Below, one piece after another: positions 52,374 through 61,179 of a stretch of 64,000 bases of DNA. This DNA comes from Microbacteriaceae bacterium (lineage in GTDB: Bacteria > Actinomycetota > Actinomycetes > Actinomycetales > Microbacteriaceae), in the NCBI GenBank assembly GCA_019638805.1, contig JAHBTA010000008.1, positions 6,835-70,834 of the forward strand, read 5' to 3'. Numbering within the stretch: position 1 is the stretch's first letter; each line of letters starts with the position of its first letter. The notes under the pieces are model-generated. The model ran no database searches. It was not told the origin of the DNA and worked only from the letters and a program-made list of their open reading frames with translations. The translations under genes were made by a program, and so were the position numbers.

Positions 52374-53729
52374 TCAGCACTCCACGACGTTGACGGCGAG
52401 CCCGCCGAGCGAGGTCTCCTTGTACTTGGTGAGCATGTCGGCGCCGGTCTCGCGCATGGTCTTCACGGCGGCGTCGAAGCTCACGTGGTGCGTGCCGTCG
52501 CCGCGCAGCGCGATGCGCGCGGCGTTCATCGCGGTGTTCGCCGCGATCGCGTTGCGCTCGATGCACGGGATCTGCACGAGCCCGCCGATCGGGTCGCAGG
52601 TCAGGCCCAGGTGATGCTCGATGCCGATCTCGGCGGCGTTCTCGATCTGGGCGGGCGTTCCGCCCCACACCGCGGTGAGCCCGGCCGCCGCCATCGCGCA
52701 GGCGGATCCCACCTCGCCCTGACAGCCCACCTCGGCGCCGGAGATCGACGCGTTGCGCTTGATCACCATCCCGATCGCGGCGGCCGTGATGAGGAAGTCG
52801 ACGACGCCGTCCTCGTCGGCACCGGGGGTGAACCTCCAGTACGCGTGCAGAACGGCGGGCACGATGCCCGCGGCGCCGTTGGTCGGGGCGGTGACCACGC
52901 GGCCGCCCGTGGCGTTCTCCTCGTTGACCGCGAGCGCGAAGAGCGTGACCCACTCCGATTCGGCGACCGGCCGGGCGCTGTCGCCGCTCTCCAGCTCGTG
53001 GTACAGGTGCGGAGCTCGGCGCCGGACCCGCAGGATGCCGGGCAGCAGCGCCTCCTCGCGCGCGCATCCGCTCTCGACGCAGTCCTGCATGGCGTGCCAG
53101 ATGGAGAGCACGCCCGCGCGCAGGTCGCGCTCGGGGTGGGCAGCCGCCTCGTTGGCGCGCACCAGGTCGGCGATGCTCATGCCGGTCGCGCCGCACAGCG
53201 CCACGAGCTCCTCGCCCGAGGCGAACGGGTACGGGATGTCGGGGTCGGGCGCGGGCTCTTCCCCCTCGTGCACGATGAACCCGCCGCCCACCGAGTAGTA
53301 GGTCTCGGTGCGTACGAGATCGCCCGCCCCGTCGAAGGCCTGGAAGATCATGCCGTTGGGATGCCGCGGCAGCACCCGGCGCCCGTCCAGGATCAGGTCG
53401 GTCACCGGGTCGAACCCGAGGGCGAGGCCATTGCCGAGCTCGAGCCGCAGGTCGGTGGCGGTCGCGGCGGCCAGGCTCACCACGAGGTCGGGGTCGACCG
53501 TCTCGGGTTCGTGACCGGCCAGGCCCGCGATGACCGCGCGATCCGTGCCGTGCCCGGCGCCCGTGGAACCGAGCGAGCCGAGTAGGTCCACCTGGATGCG
53601 TGCGATGCGTGCGGTCTCGTCCGGGGTGAGCGAGTCGACGAAGGCTTTGGCGGCGCGCATCGGCCCGACGGTGTGCGACGACGACGGTCCGATGCCGACC
53701 GTGAACAGGTCGAGGACGCTCAGGTTCAT
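52374..53729 (-). CDS. sdaA: L-serine ammonia-lyase (iron-sulfur type)
   Basis: The start is ATG 53729, with GAGAAGG 8 nt upstream. The protein reads [31 protein letters not shown]...[20 protein letters not shown].... Confidence 0.92.
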   Translation of the reverse strand: MNLSVLDLFTVGIGPSSSHTVGPMRAAKAFVDSLTPDETARIARIQVDLLGSLGSTGAGHGTDRAVIAGLAGHEPETVDPDLVVSLAAATATDLRLELGNGLALGFDPVTDLILDGRRVLPRHPNGMIFQAFDGAGDLVRTETYYSVGGGFIVHEGEEPAPDPDIPYPFASGEELVALCGATGMSIADLVRANEAAAHPERDLRAGVLSIWHAMQDCVESGCAREEALLPGILRVRRRAPHLYHELESGDSARPVAESEWVTLFALAVNEENATGGRVVTAPTNGAAGIVPAVLHAYWRFTPGADEDGVVDFLITAAAIGMVIKRNASISGAEVGCQGEVGSACAMAAAGLTAVWGGTPAQIENAAEIGIEHHLGLTCDPIGGLVQIPCIERNAIAANTAMNAARIALRGDGTHHVSFDAAVKTMRETGADMLTKYKETSLGGLAVNVVEC

Positions 53730-53751
53730 GGGTGTCACCTTCTCGCTGCAT

Positions 53752-53785
53752 GCCGACGGCGTCGTCGGCCGGGCCTTGTGGGCCC
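53752..53785 (-). terminator. Two small GC hairpins between mazF-like gene and sdaA
   Basis: GCCGACG-GCGT-CGTCGGC lies at 53752-53769 and GGGCC-TTGTG-GGCCC lies at 53771-53785. Confidence 0.35.
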
Positions 53786-53848
53786 CTGCGTGTACTCAAT
53801 CAGATCACGCGAGACGGTGGGAGTGCTGGATGCGCGCGACGCGTCCGC

Positions 53849-54193
53849 TCACAGGTCGAGGAAGTCGCCCAACCAGGCCCGCGCCACGGCCAGGCAGTCA
53901 TCAGAGACCCGACCCGCGACGCGAGTCAGTCGATCGCGCGACAGGGTGCGCGGCTGCTCGGTCATGATCCACGACGGCACCTCGAGGCCGCTCGGACCTT
54001 CGACGGGAGGGTGGTTCGGCCAGCCCCGGTCGACCGTCGTGATGGGCAGGACGATCGCCAGAGTCGTCACGGCATCCAGGTAGTCGGCCGACGCGACCAC
54101 GAGCACCGGGCGATGACCGCCCTGCTCACGACCCCGCACCGGCTCGAGCGCCGCCCAGACCACGGTTCCGGGCGCCAGTTCGAGCTCGGTCAC
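53849..54193 (-). CDS. mazF: Type II toxin, PemK/MazF family endoribonuclease
   Basis: The protein reads MTELELAPGTVVWAALEPVRGREQGGHRPVLVVASADY...VLPITTVDRGWPNH...IMTEQPRTLSRDRL.... Confidence 0.85.
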   Translation of the reverse strand: MTELELAPGTVVWAALEPVRGREQGGHRPVLVVASADYLDAVTTLAIVLPITTVDRGWPNHPPVEGPSGLEVPSWIMTEQPRTLSRDRLTRVAGRVSDDCLAVARAWLGDFLDL

Positions 54194-54426
54194 CTGGTCT
54201 GGTCAGTGAGCTCGGCGCGTTCCCATTCCGCGGTCTCGGCCGCGTGCGACGTCGCACCCCCGAGAGGGGTAGCGGCGATGGCGGCCTTCAGCGTCCGCAT
54301 GCGTGTGCGGCGGTCGTCAGCATCGGCCAAGCGGGCGAGGTGCCCTCCGAGGGTGAGCCCCTCGCGGGCCGCCTGCGCCTTAAGACGGTCGCGGAGCGCG
54401 TCGCTCACCTTTATCGTCGTGGTCAT
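54190..54426 (-). CDS. Ribbon-helix-helix antitoxin partner of the MazF-like toxin
   Basis: 78 aa. The protein begins MTTTIKVSDALRDRLKAQAAREGLTLGGHLARL.... It overlaps the toxin gene by 4 nt. Confidence 0.75.
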   Translation of the reverse strand: MTTTIKVSDALRDRLKAQAAREGLTLGGHLARLADADDRRTRMRTLKAAIAATPLGGATSHAAETAEWERAELTDQTR

Positions 54427-54450
54427 ACTCTGAGTATACCGGCGTCACGC

Positions 54451-55251
54451 CTACGCGTCCTTCCGGATCCACCGGAACGTGAGCCGCGCCGCGATCAGAC
54501 CCGCCACGAGCCAGATCCCGGTGAAGATCGCGACCCCCGCAAGATCCCACGAGCCGCCCGGCTCGGCGGCCTCGAAACTCGACGGGAGGAACACCGAGCG
54601 CATGCCCTGCGCGAGCCACTTGAGCGGGAACACGCTCGCCACGTTCTGCAACCAGGTCGGCAGCATGGCGAACGAGAGGTACACGCCCGAGATGAACTGC
54701 AGGATGAGCACGATCGGGATGATGACCGCCGTCGCGCTCTTGCCCGAGCGCGGCAGGCCGCTCAGCCCGATGCCCAGGATCGCGCACGTGCTCACCCCGA
54801 ACAGGAAGACCCAGGCGAAGGTCAGCCAGGCACCCGCCTCGGTCGGCAGCTCGACGCCGAAGGCGAAGTGCGCGACCAGGATGAGCAGCGCCGCCTGCAG
54901 CGCGCCCGTGACGAGTACCTGCCCGATCTTGCCGATGAAGAAGCTGATGGGCGAGAGCGGCGTCCCCGCCAGGCGCTTGAGCGTTCCGTCGCTCTTCTCC
55001 ACGGCGATGTCGATCGACATGTTCTGCAGGCCGCTCAGCAGCACGCCGGCCGCGAGCATCCCCGGCAGGTAGAACCGGGCGGCGCTGACCTCCTCGCCGG
55101 GCGGGCCGAACGGGGTCTCGCTGAAGGCGACCGCGAAGATCGTCAGCATGACCAGCGGGAACAGGAAGGTGAAGAACACCGAGTCGCCCTGCCGGAAGTA
55201 GGACACGATCTCGTACCGGACCCGCGACAGCCCGTTCGCGATCACGCTCAC
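54451..55251 (-). CDS. ABC-2 type exporter permease
   Basis: GTG 55251 overlaps the ATPase stop (GTGA). The protein has six hydrophobic helices. Confidence 0.85.
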   Translation of the reverse strand: MSVIANGLSRVRYEIVSYFRQGDSVFFTFLFPLVMLTIFAVAFSETPFGPPGEEVSAARFYLPGMLAAGVLLSGLQNMSIDIAVEKSDGTLKRLAGTPLSPISFFIGKIGQVLVTGALQAALLILVAHFAFGVELPTEAGAWLTFAWVFLFGVSTCAILGIGLSGLPRSGKSATAVIIPIVLILQFISGVYLSFAMLPTWLQNVASVFPLKWLAQGMRSVFLPSSFEAAEPGGSWDLAGVAIFTGIWLVAGLIAARLTFRWIRKDA

Positions 55252-56096
55252 GCCGCGGCCTCCCGCACCAGGTCGAGGTAGATGTCTTCGAGCGCCGGCC
55301 GGATGACCTCGAGCCGCTCGGGCTCCCCTTTCGCGGCCAGGCGCGCGACGAGCTCACCGGGGCGCTGCGTGCGCTCCTCGCGCACCACGCCCTTCTCGCT
55401 CCACCGCACGATCGGCACGCGCGCATCCGCCCCGCCCAGTTCGTCGATGGCACCGAGCGCGACCAGCCGACCACCCGCGATGACCCCGGCGCGGTCGGCG
55501 AGCTGCGCCGCCTCGTCCAGGTAGTGCGTGGTCAGCAGGATCGTGGTGCCCTCGCGCTTGAGCGAGCGGATGAGCTCCCAGAACGAGCGCCGCGCCTCCG
55601 GGTCGAACCCGGTGGTCGGCTCGTCCAGGAACAACAGCTCCGGATTCCCGACGATGCCCAGCGCGACATCGACCCGGCGGCGCTGCCCGCCCGAGAGGCG
55701 ACGGATGCGCGTGCGGGCCTGGTCGGTCAGCCCCACCGCCGCGATCACCTTGTCGACATCCCGCGGGCGGGGGTAGAGCCCGGCGAAGTGGGTCAGCTGC
55801 TCGCGCACCGTGGCGTTGGGCTGCTCGCCGGTGTTCTGCAGCACGATGCCGATGCGCGCCTTCCACCCCAGCCCGCCGTGCTGCGGATCGACCCCGAGCA
55901 CGCGGGCCTCGCCCCCGGTGCGGTCGCGGTAGCCCTCGAGGATCTCGATCGTGGTGCTCTTGCCCGCGCCGTTGGGCCCGAGCAGCGCGAAGGTCTCGCC
56001 CCGCTCGATCGTGAAGTCGATGCCCTTCAGCGCCTCGAAGCCGCCACGGTAGGTCTTGCGCAGCCCGCGGACCTCGACCACGTCATCCATGCTCAT
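55248..56096 (-). CDS. ABC transporter ATP-binding protein
   Basis: The start is ATG 56096 (MSMDDVVEVRGLRKTY...). Walker A is GPNGAGKST, the signature is LSGGQRRRVDVA and Walker B is LLFLDEPTTGFD. Confidence 0.92.
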   Translation of the reverse strand: MSMDDVVEVRGLRKTYRGGFEALKGIDFTIERGETFALLGPNGAGKSTTIEILEGYRDRTGGEARVLGVDPQHGGLGWKARIGIVLQNTGEQPNATVREQLTHFAGLYPRPRDVDKVIAAVGLTDQARTRIRRLSGGQRRRVDVALGIVGNPELLFLDEPTTGFDPEARRSFWELIRSLKREGTTILLTTHYLDEAAQLADRAGVIAGGRLVALGAIDELGGADARVPIVRWSEKGVVREERTQRPGELVARLAAKGEPERLEVIRPALEDIYLDLVREAAA

Positions 56097-56749
56097 GCGG
56101 CAACCTTGGCACGGAGTTGGCGGCGCTGCCGCTCCTGCCGCGCCAGCCGCCGGATCGCGAGCTCGGCGACCGCGAGGTTCGCCACCCAGGCGAGCGCCAT
56201 GGTGATGGCGCGGCCCAGTTCGTGCGACGATCCGAGCACCATCGACATCGGGATCAGGAAGATCGCCTGCGTGCCGGCCCCCACGCCGATCGCATAGGCG
56301 CGGGTCATCCAGGCGCCGTGCACCGAGAACCGGCGCTGAACGATCGCCCGGATGCCGAGCACGAGGCTCGCCAGCATGTAGGCGCCGAACAGCTCCCGGA
56401 AGACGAACAGCAGCGGCCCGTCGCCAGCCGGCAGGTCGGAGAACGCGCCCATCCACATCCCGCTGAGCGCGACCAGGAATCCGGCCGGGATGAGCACCCG
56501 TCCCGCCATCTTGTGCCAGCTGCGGCGCCCACGACGCAGACCCGGCAGGAACTGGAATGCCCCCACGACGCTGTACAGGGTGGCCGAGACGATGTGGATG
56601 ATGACGGGCCACGGGAACACCGTGAACCGGTCGGCCTGGGGGATCACCTCGGGTCCGCCGCCGAGTTGGGTGAGCCGCAGCGATCCCGAGACGATGGGAA
56701 TCAGGTTGAGCAGGATCAGGCCGACCGGGATCAGCCAGCGCGCCCTCAT
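56093..56749 (-). CDS. DUF2306-like integral membrane protein
   Basis: ATG 56749 overlaps the upstream stop. The protein reads MRARWLIPVGLILLNLIPIVSGSLRLTQLGGG...HIVSATLYSVVGAFQF...WHKMAGRVLIPAGFLVALSGMWM.... Confidence 0.65.
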   Translation of the reverse strand: MRARWLIPVGLILLNLIPIVSGSLRLTQLGGGPEVIPQADRFTVFPWPVIIHIVSATLYSVVGAFQFLPGLRRGRRSWHKMAGRVLIPAGFLVALSGMWMGAFSDLPAGDGPLLFVFRELFGAYMLASLVLGIRAIVQRRFSVHGAWMTRAYAIGVGAGTQAIFLIPMSMVLGSSHELGRAITMALAWVANLAVAELAIRRLARQERQRRQLRAKVAA

Positions 56750-57429
56750 GCCGGCACCCCATCCGTGGCATCGACGTCCGTGGCGCCGGCGTCGAGCCGG
56801 AACGGCGGGTACTGGTCGGTCATCAGGGCGACGTAGGCGAGCACGCGGTACATCCACCGGTTGATGCCCATCAGGAAGTCGAACATCGGCCGGGGGTACA
56901 CGCCGGTGACGAGCAGGAAGAACCCGGCGATCACCACCAGCAGGTTCTGCACCGAGTAGCCGCCCAGCAGCTGCATCTCGCCGCCGAGCTGGTTCAGCAC
57001 GGCGATCGGGTACAGCATGATGTCGCCGGCGATGAGCCCGATGACGATCAGGTGCGGCACCGCCAGCAGCCACTTCACGAGGACCAGTCCGCGCGACAGC
57101 TTCTCGGGGTAGGCGATGTCCAGCGATGCCGGATACTCGGCGGCACCCAGCGTGAACGGCGGGTAGCGGTCGGTGCCGAGCGCGGCGTAGACGTAGAAGC
57201 CCACGCGCCAGTTCCAGCGCAGGATGCCGAGGTTGAGGTCGAACAGCGCCCGCGGGTAGCGGCCGGTGAACAGGATCGCGACGCCGGCGACGAACGTCAG
57301 CACGATGAAGACCACCCACAGGGCGGCGAGCACGATGAAGTGCGGGATGGCGGCGAACATCTTGAGCAGCCACCACCAGCGGGAGAGCTGGTCGTCGAGC
57401 CGCCCGGTGAGGGTGAGCGGGGTGGTCAT
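56746..57429 (-). CDS. DUF4389-like membrane protein (two tandem DUF4389 halves)
   Basis: The first half reads ...RWWWLLKMFAAIPHFIVLAALWVVFIVLTFVAGVAILFTGRYPRALFDLNLGILRWNWRVGFYVYAALGTDRYPPF.... The second half reads ...LVKWLLAVPHLIV...TGVYPRPMFDFLMGINRWMYRVLAYVALMTDQYPPF. Confidence 0.7.
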   Translation of the reverse strand: MTTPLTLTGRLDDQLSRWWWLLKMFAAIPHFIVLAALWVVFIVLTFVAGVAILFTGRYPRALFDLNLGILRWNWRVGFYVYAALGTDRYPPFTLGAAEYPASLDIAYPEKLSRGLVLVKWLLAVPHLIVIGLIAGDIMLYPIAVLNQLGGEMQLLGGYSVQNLLVVIAGFFLLVTGVYPRPMFDFLMGINRWMYRVLAYVALMTDQYPPFRLDAGATDVDATDGVPA

Positions 57430-57483
57430 GTCGGGTTCCTTGTCTGTAAGTGGTGGATGTCGGGGTCGGGATGTCGGGTCGGG

Positions 57484-58701
57484 TCAGGGGATGGTGACGA
57501 CGATGCTGCCGCGCTTGCGGCCGCCGTCGACGAGCCGGTGGGCTTCGGCGATCTGCTCGAACGGGAACGTGCGGTCGATGACCGGCCGGAACGCTCCCCG
57601 CTCTGCGAGAGCCACCACGTGCTCGAGGTCGTCGGCGCGGTAGGCTCCGGGACCGGTGACGACGGTGATGCCGAGCCGACGCGCCTGCCGCGGCGCGGCC
57701 AGCAGCGCGCCGAGGTCCGCGGCTACCAGCAGCGCGGCACCGCCGGGTTCGAGGCTGCCCTGCACGCGGGCGACCGGGGCGTTGCCGACGCAGTCGGCGA
57801 TCACGTCGTACCTCGAGCCGTCGGCCGTGAAGTCGTGGGTCGCGTAGTCGATCACGCGATCGGCTCCGAGCGAGGTCACCAGCGCGTGGTTCGCAGCGCT
57901 CGACACCCCGGTCACGTGGGCGCCCGCCGCCTTCGCGAGCTGCACGAGGGCGGTGCCGACGGCACCGGAGGCGCCGTTCACGAGGACCCGTGCACCGGGT
58001 TCGACCGCCGCCTGCCGCAGGTAGGCCCGGGCGGTGATGCCTCCGAAGACGAGGGCGACCGCCTCGGAGGCGGGCATCGAACCGGGCGCGGCGGCCACGG
58101 CATCCGTCGCCTTCAGGATCGCGTACTCGGCGTGCCCGCCGAAGCGGCTTCCCAGCATGGCCACGACCGCGTCGCCGGGGGCGAAGCCCTCGACGCCCTC
58201 GCCGGCCGCCACGACGTCGCCCGCGACGTCCATGCCGAGCACGGGGCGCCGCGGCCGGAAGAACCCGAGCACCATCGAGCTCGGCAGCAGCAGCCCGGGC
58301 GGCACGTCGCGGGCGCGTGTGCGGTGGTCGGCGGCGCTCACCGTCGTGGCGCGCACGCGAACGAGCAGTTCGCCCGCGGCTGGATGAGGACGCGGCACCT
58401 CGGCGAGGTGGACGACATCGGGTCCGCCGAACCGCTCGTAGACGGCGGCGGTCATGGTGTCGCCCGCCTCCGCTACGGAGAGGAGGGTGAGCCCGGTGTC
58501 CCGCAGTTGCGCCAGCAGGCCGTGCAGCGCCGCCTGATCGGCGACGTCACCGCGGAGGACGGTGGTCGCGTCCTCGCGGCGGGAGATGGTCATGCCGTCG
58601 AACGTGGCGGTCCAGCGACGGTCCAGGTGTCCGGCGATGCGGATCTCGTACGTGGTCACCCTCGCACGGTAGGAATCGATGTGGTGACCGGGCATCACCA
58701 C
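57484..58701 (-). CDS. MDR-family NAD(P)-dependent oxidoreductase fused in-frame to an about 80-aa N-terminal domain of unknown function
   Basis: The N-terminal part reads VTTYEIRIAGHLDRRWTATFDGMTISRREDATTVLRGDVADQAALHGLLAQLRDTGLTLLSV. Then MTAAVYERFGGPDVVHLAEVPRP...VNGASGAVGTALVQLAK... follows. There is no stop between the two parts. Confidence 0.8.
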   Translation of the reverse strand: MVMPGHHIDSYRARVTTYEIRIAGHLDRRWTATFDGMTISRREDATTVLRGDVADQAALHGLLAQLRDTGLTLLSVAEAGDTMTAAVYERFGGPDVVHLAEVPRPHPAAGELLVRVRATTVSAADHRTRARDVPPGLLLPSSMVLGFFRPRRPVLGMDVAGDVVAAGEGVEGFAPGDAVVAMLGSRFGGHAEYAILKATDAVAAAPGSMPASEAVALVFGGITARAYLRQAAVEPGARVLVNGASGAVGTALVQLAKAAGAHVTGVSSAANHALVTSLGADRVIDYATHDFTADGSRYDVIADCVGNAPVARVQGSLEPGGAALLVAADLGALLAAPRQARRLGITVVTGPGAYRADDLEHVVALAERGAFRPVIDRTFPFEQIAEAHRLVDGGRKRGSIVVTIP

Positions 58702-58710
58702 ATCTGGTGA

Positions 58711-61176
58711 TCATCCTGGTGATTTCAGCAGCCCGAGCGCGGTGGCGCGGGTGATCGCCTCACGGCGCGACGTCGCCCCGAGCTTGGCGAAGATGCTCTT
58801 GGTATGGGTGCGCAGGGTGTTCAGCGACACCACGAGATGCCGTGCGATCTCGGGCCCCGACAGGTCGCTCGCCAGCAGGCGCAGCACCTCGAGCTCGCGG
58901 CTGCTGAGCGGGTCGGGCAGGTTCCCGGTGGGCTTCTGGGGGCCGGCGGCGCGGGCGCGCAGCTCCTGCAGTTCGGCCACGACGCCCAGCCGTCCCCCCG
59001 CCTGCGCGGCCGCGAGCAGGTGGTCGAGCAGCCCGAGTGCCTGCGGCGCATCCCCCTCGGCCAGCAGCAGCCGGGCCAGCGTGATGTGATCGAACTCGGC
59101 GAGGTAGCGCAACTCGCCGTCGGCGCTCACGCCGCGCCGGTCGACCTCGCGTCTCGCCTCGGCGACCTGCCCGGCCGCGAGACGCTGCCGCGCGCGCAAC
59201 GCGGCGATCGGGCGCACCTCGGGAAAGAAGTCGGGCGTGTAGAGGGCCTCCGCCTCGTCGAGCAGCGGGATGCCGGCGGCGGGGTCCCCCTCGGCCAGCA
59301 GCAGGAGCGCCTCGGCCATGCGCCGCCGGTGCCGGTTCTGGGGCAGGCCGGCGTACTCGCCGAGGTCCTCGGCGGCGGCGAGCTGCTCGCGGGCTGCGGC
59401 CAGGTCGCCGCGCTCGCGCAGCAGGCCGGCCAGGCCGACGTGCATGTCGGCGGTTCCCCGCAGCGGCGGATCCGACCGGCGGCCGAGGGCGATCCCGCGG
59501 CGGTACACGGCCTCGGCCTCCGGCACCCGTCCCAGCGCGATCAGGATGTCGCCCATCGCGATCGAGCCGCCCAGCACGTCGGCCAGGTGGCCGGCTCTCT
59601 CCAGCTCGGCGAGCGAGATCGCCCAGGTCGCCTGCGCCTGCTCGAGGTCGCCGAGGGCCCACAGCACGAGGCCCCGGATGCCGTGCGCCGATCCGCGGTC
59701 GAGGTGCCCGCCGTCGGCCGCAAGCTCGACGGCGACGGCGGACTGCTCGAGCGCGGACTCCAGGTCGCCGCGGGTCATGGCCTGCGCCGACCCGTACAGG
59801 GCGATGCCGCGCCGCAGGGCGACCACGCCCTCCGATGCTCCGCCCGCCGCCTCCTCCGCGTCGCGCAGCAGGCCCTCGACCCCGTCGGTGCGGCCCGACG
59901 AGAGCAGCACGCCGGCGAACCCGATGCCGAGTTCCGGGTCGGAGCGCACCAGGTCGGCGGGCAGCAGCTCGTACCAGCCGGCGAGGGTGACCTCCTGCCG
60001 CTGCTGCTGCATCGCGGGGGCCGCCGCCTTGATGAGTGCGGCGGCTCGTTCGAAGGCTCCGGCGTCGATCGCGTGGGCGATGGCCTCGGCCGTGAAGCCG
60101 TTCGCCTCGAACCACCGACTCGCCCTCCGGTGCAGATCCGGGACGAGGTCGCGCTGCTCGTCGAGCAGGCGCGCCCGCAGCATCTCGGCGAACAGGTGGT
60201 GGTAGCGATACCACTCGCGCTGCTCGTCAAGCGGCACGAGAAAGAGGTTCGCCCGGTCGAGGGCCTCGAGCGTGGGCGCACCATCGGTCGCGCCGGTGAC
60301 CGCGTCGCAGAGCCCGCCGGACAACCGCCCGAGCACCGAGGTCTGCAGCAGGAAGCCGCGCACCGCATCCGTCTGTCGTTGCAGCACCTCCTCGACCAGG
60401 TAATCGACGACGTAGCGATCGTCGCCGGCGAACCCGGAGATGAAGGCGCTCGTGTCGCTCCTGCCCTGCAGCGAGAGCGCGGCGAGCTGGAGGGCGGCGA
60501 TCCACCCCTCGGTGCGGTCCCCGAGCTTCACGACGTCCGCCGCGCCGACCTCGAGCCCCATCGCCCCGTTCAGGTATGCCGAGACCTCGTCCGGGGTGAA
60601 CCGCAGATCGGCGGCGCGCAGCTCGATCAGGTCGCCGCGCCCCCGCAGCCGGCCGATGGGCAGCGGCGGGTCGGCGCGGCTGGCGATGACCAGGCGGACA
60701 TTGGCGGGCAGTGTATCGACCAGGAAGGCGAGTCCGGCATGAACGGCCGGGTTGTCGACCGCGTGCAGGTCGTCGAGCACGACCACGAACTCGCCGCCGT
60801 CCTCGTGCAGGTCGTTGACCAGGGTGGCGAGCACGGCCTCCGTCGATGCGGACCCGGTGACCAGCAGCTCCGAGGCCGCCGTCGTCAGGCCGGGCCCCGC
60901 CTTCTCGATCGCGGCGAGCAGGTACCGCCAGAACTGCGCGGCGTCGTTGTCGCGGTCGTCGAGCGACAACCACGCCGCGCGCCGGCCATCCCCGAGCCAC
61001 TCGGTCAGGACGCTGGTCTTTCCGAACCCGGCGGGCGCCGCCACCAGCACGAGCCGCGCCGGGTCGTCCAGCCGCCGTGTGAGCCTCGGCCTGCCCACGC
61101 TCGACGGGCGCCGCGCGGGGGCGTGCAGCTTCGTCGCGAGCAGGGGGCCGTCCACAAGCGCACGATACCGAGTCAC
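58711..61176 (-). CDS. Large ATP-binding LuxR family regulator (MalT-like STAND NTPase, TPR region, C-terminal HTH)
   Basis: Walker A is ...LVLVAAPAGFGKTSVLTEWL.... Walker B-like is ...FVVVLDDLHAV.... The C-terminus reads ...LSSRELEVLRLLASDLSGPEIARHLVVSLNTLRTHTKSIFAKLG.... The start codon is GTG 61176. Confidence 0.9.
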   Translation of the reverse strand: MTRYRALVDGPLLATKLHAPARRPSSVGRPRLTRRLDDPARLVLVAAPAGFGKTSVLTEWLGDGRRAAWLSLDDRDNDAAQFWRYLLAAIEKAGPGLTTAASELLVTGSASTEAVLATLVNDLHEDGGEFVVVLDDLHAVDNPAVHAGLAFLVDTLPANVRLVIASRADPPLPIGRLRGRGDLIELRAADLRFTPDEVSAYLNGAMGLEVGAADVVKLGDRTEGWIAALQLAALSLQGRSDTSAFISGFAGDDRYVVDYLVEEVLQRQTDAVRGFLLQTSVLGRLSGGLCDAVTGATDGAPTLEALDRANLFLVPLDEQREWYRYHHLFAEMLRARLLDEQRDLVPDLHRRASRWFEANGFTAEAIAHAIDAGAFERAAALIKAAAPAMQQQRQEVTLAGWYELLPADLVRSDPELGIGFAGVLLSSGRTDGVEGLLRDAEEAAGGASEGVVALRRGIALYGSAQAMTRGDLESALEQSAVAVELAADGGHLDRGSAHGIRGLVLWALGDLEQAQATWAISLAELERAGHLADVLGGSIAMGDILIALGRVPEAEAVYRRGIALGRRSDPPLRGTADMHVGLAGLLRERGDLAAAREQLAAAEDLGEYAGLPQNRHRRRMAEALLLLAEGDPAAGIPLLDEAEALYTPDFFPEVRPIAALRARQRLAAGQVAEARREVDRRGVSADGELRYLAEFDHITLARLLLAEGDAPQALGLLDHLLAAAQAGGRLGVVAELQELRARAAGPQKPTGNLPDPLSSRELEVLRLLASDLSGPEIARHLVVSLNTLRTHTKSIFAKLGATSRREAITRATALGLLKSPG

Positions 61177-61179
61177 TCG

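Noticed and set aside
57484-58701. Splitting this ORF into two separate genes (small unknown protein + oxidoreductase)
   Set aside because: There is no stop codon between the two parts in the given sequence, so I report one fused CDS and flag the question as a finding.
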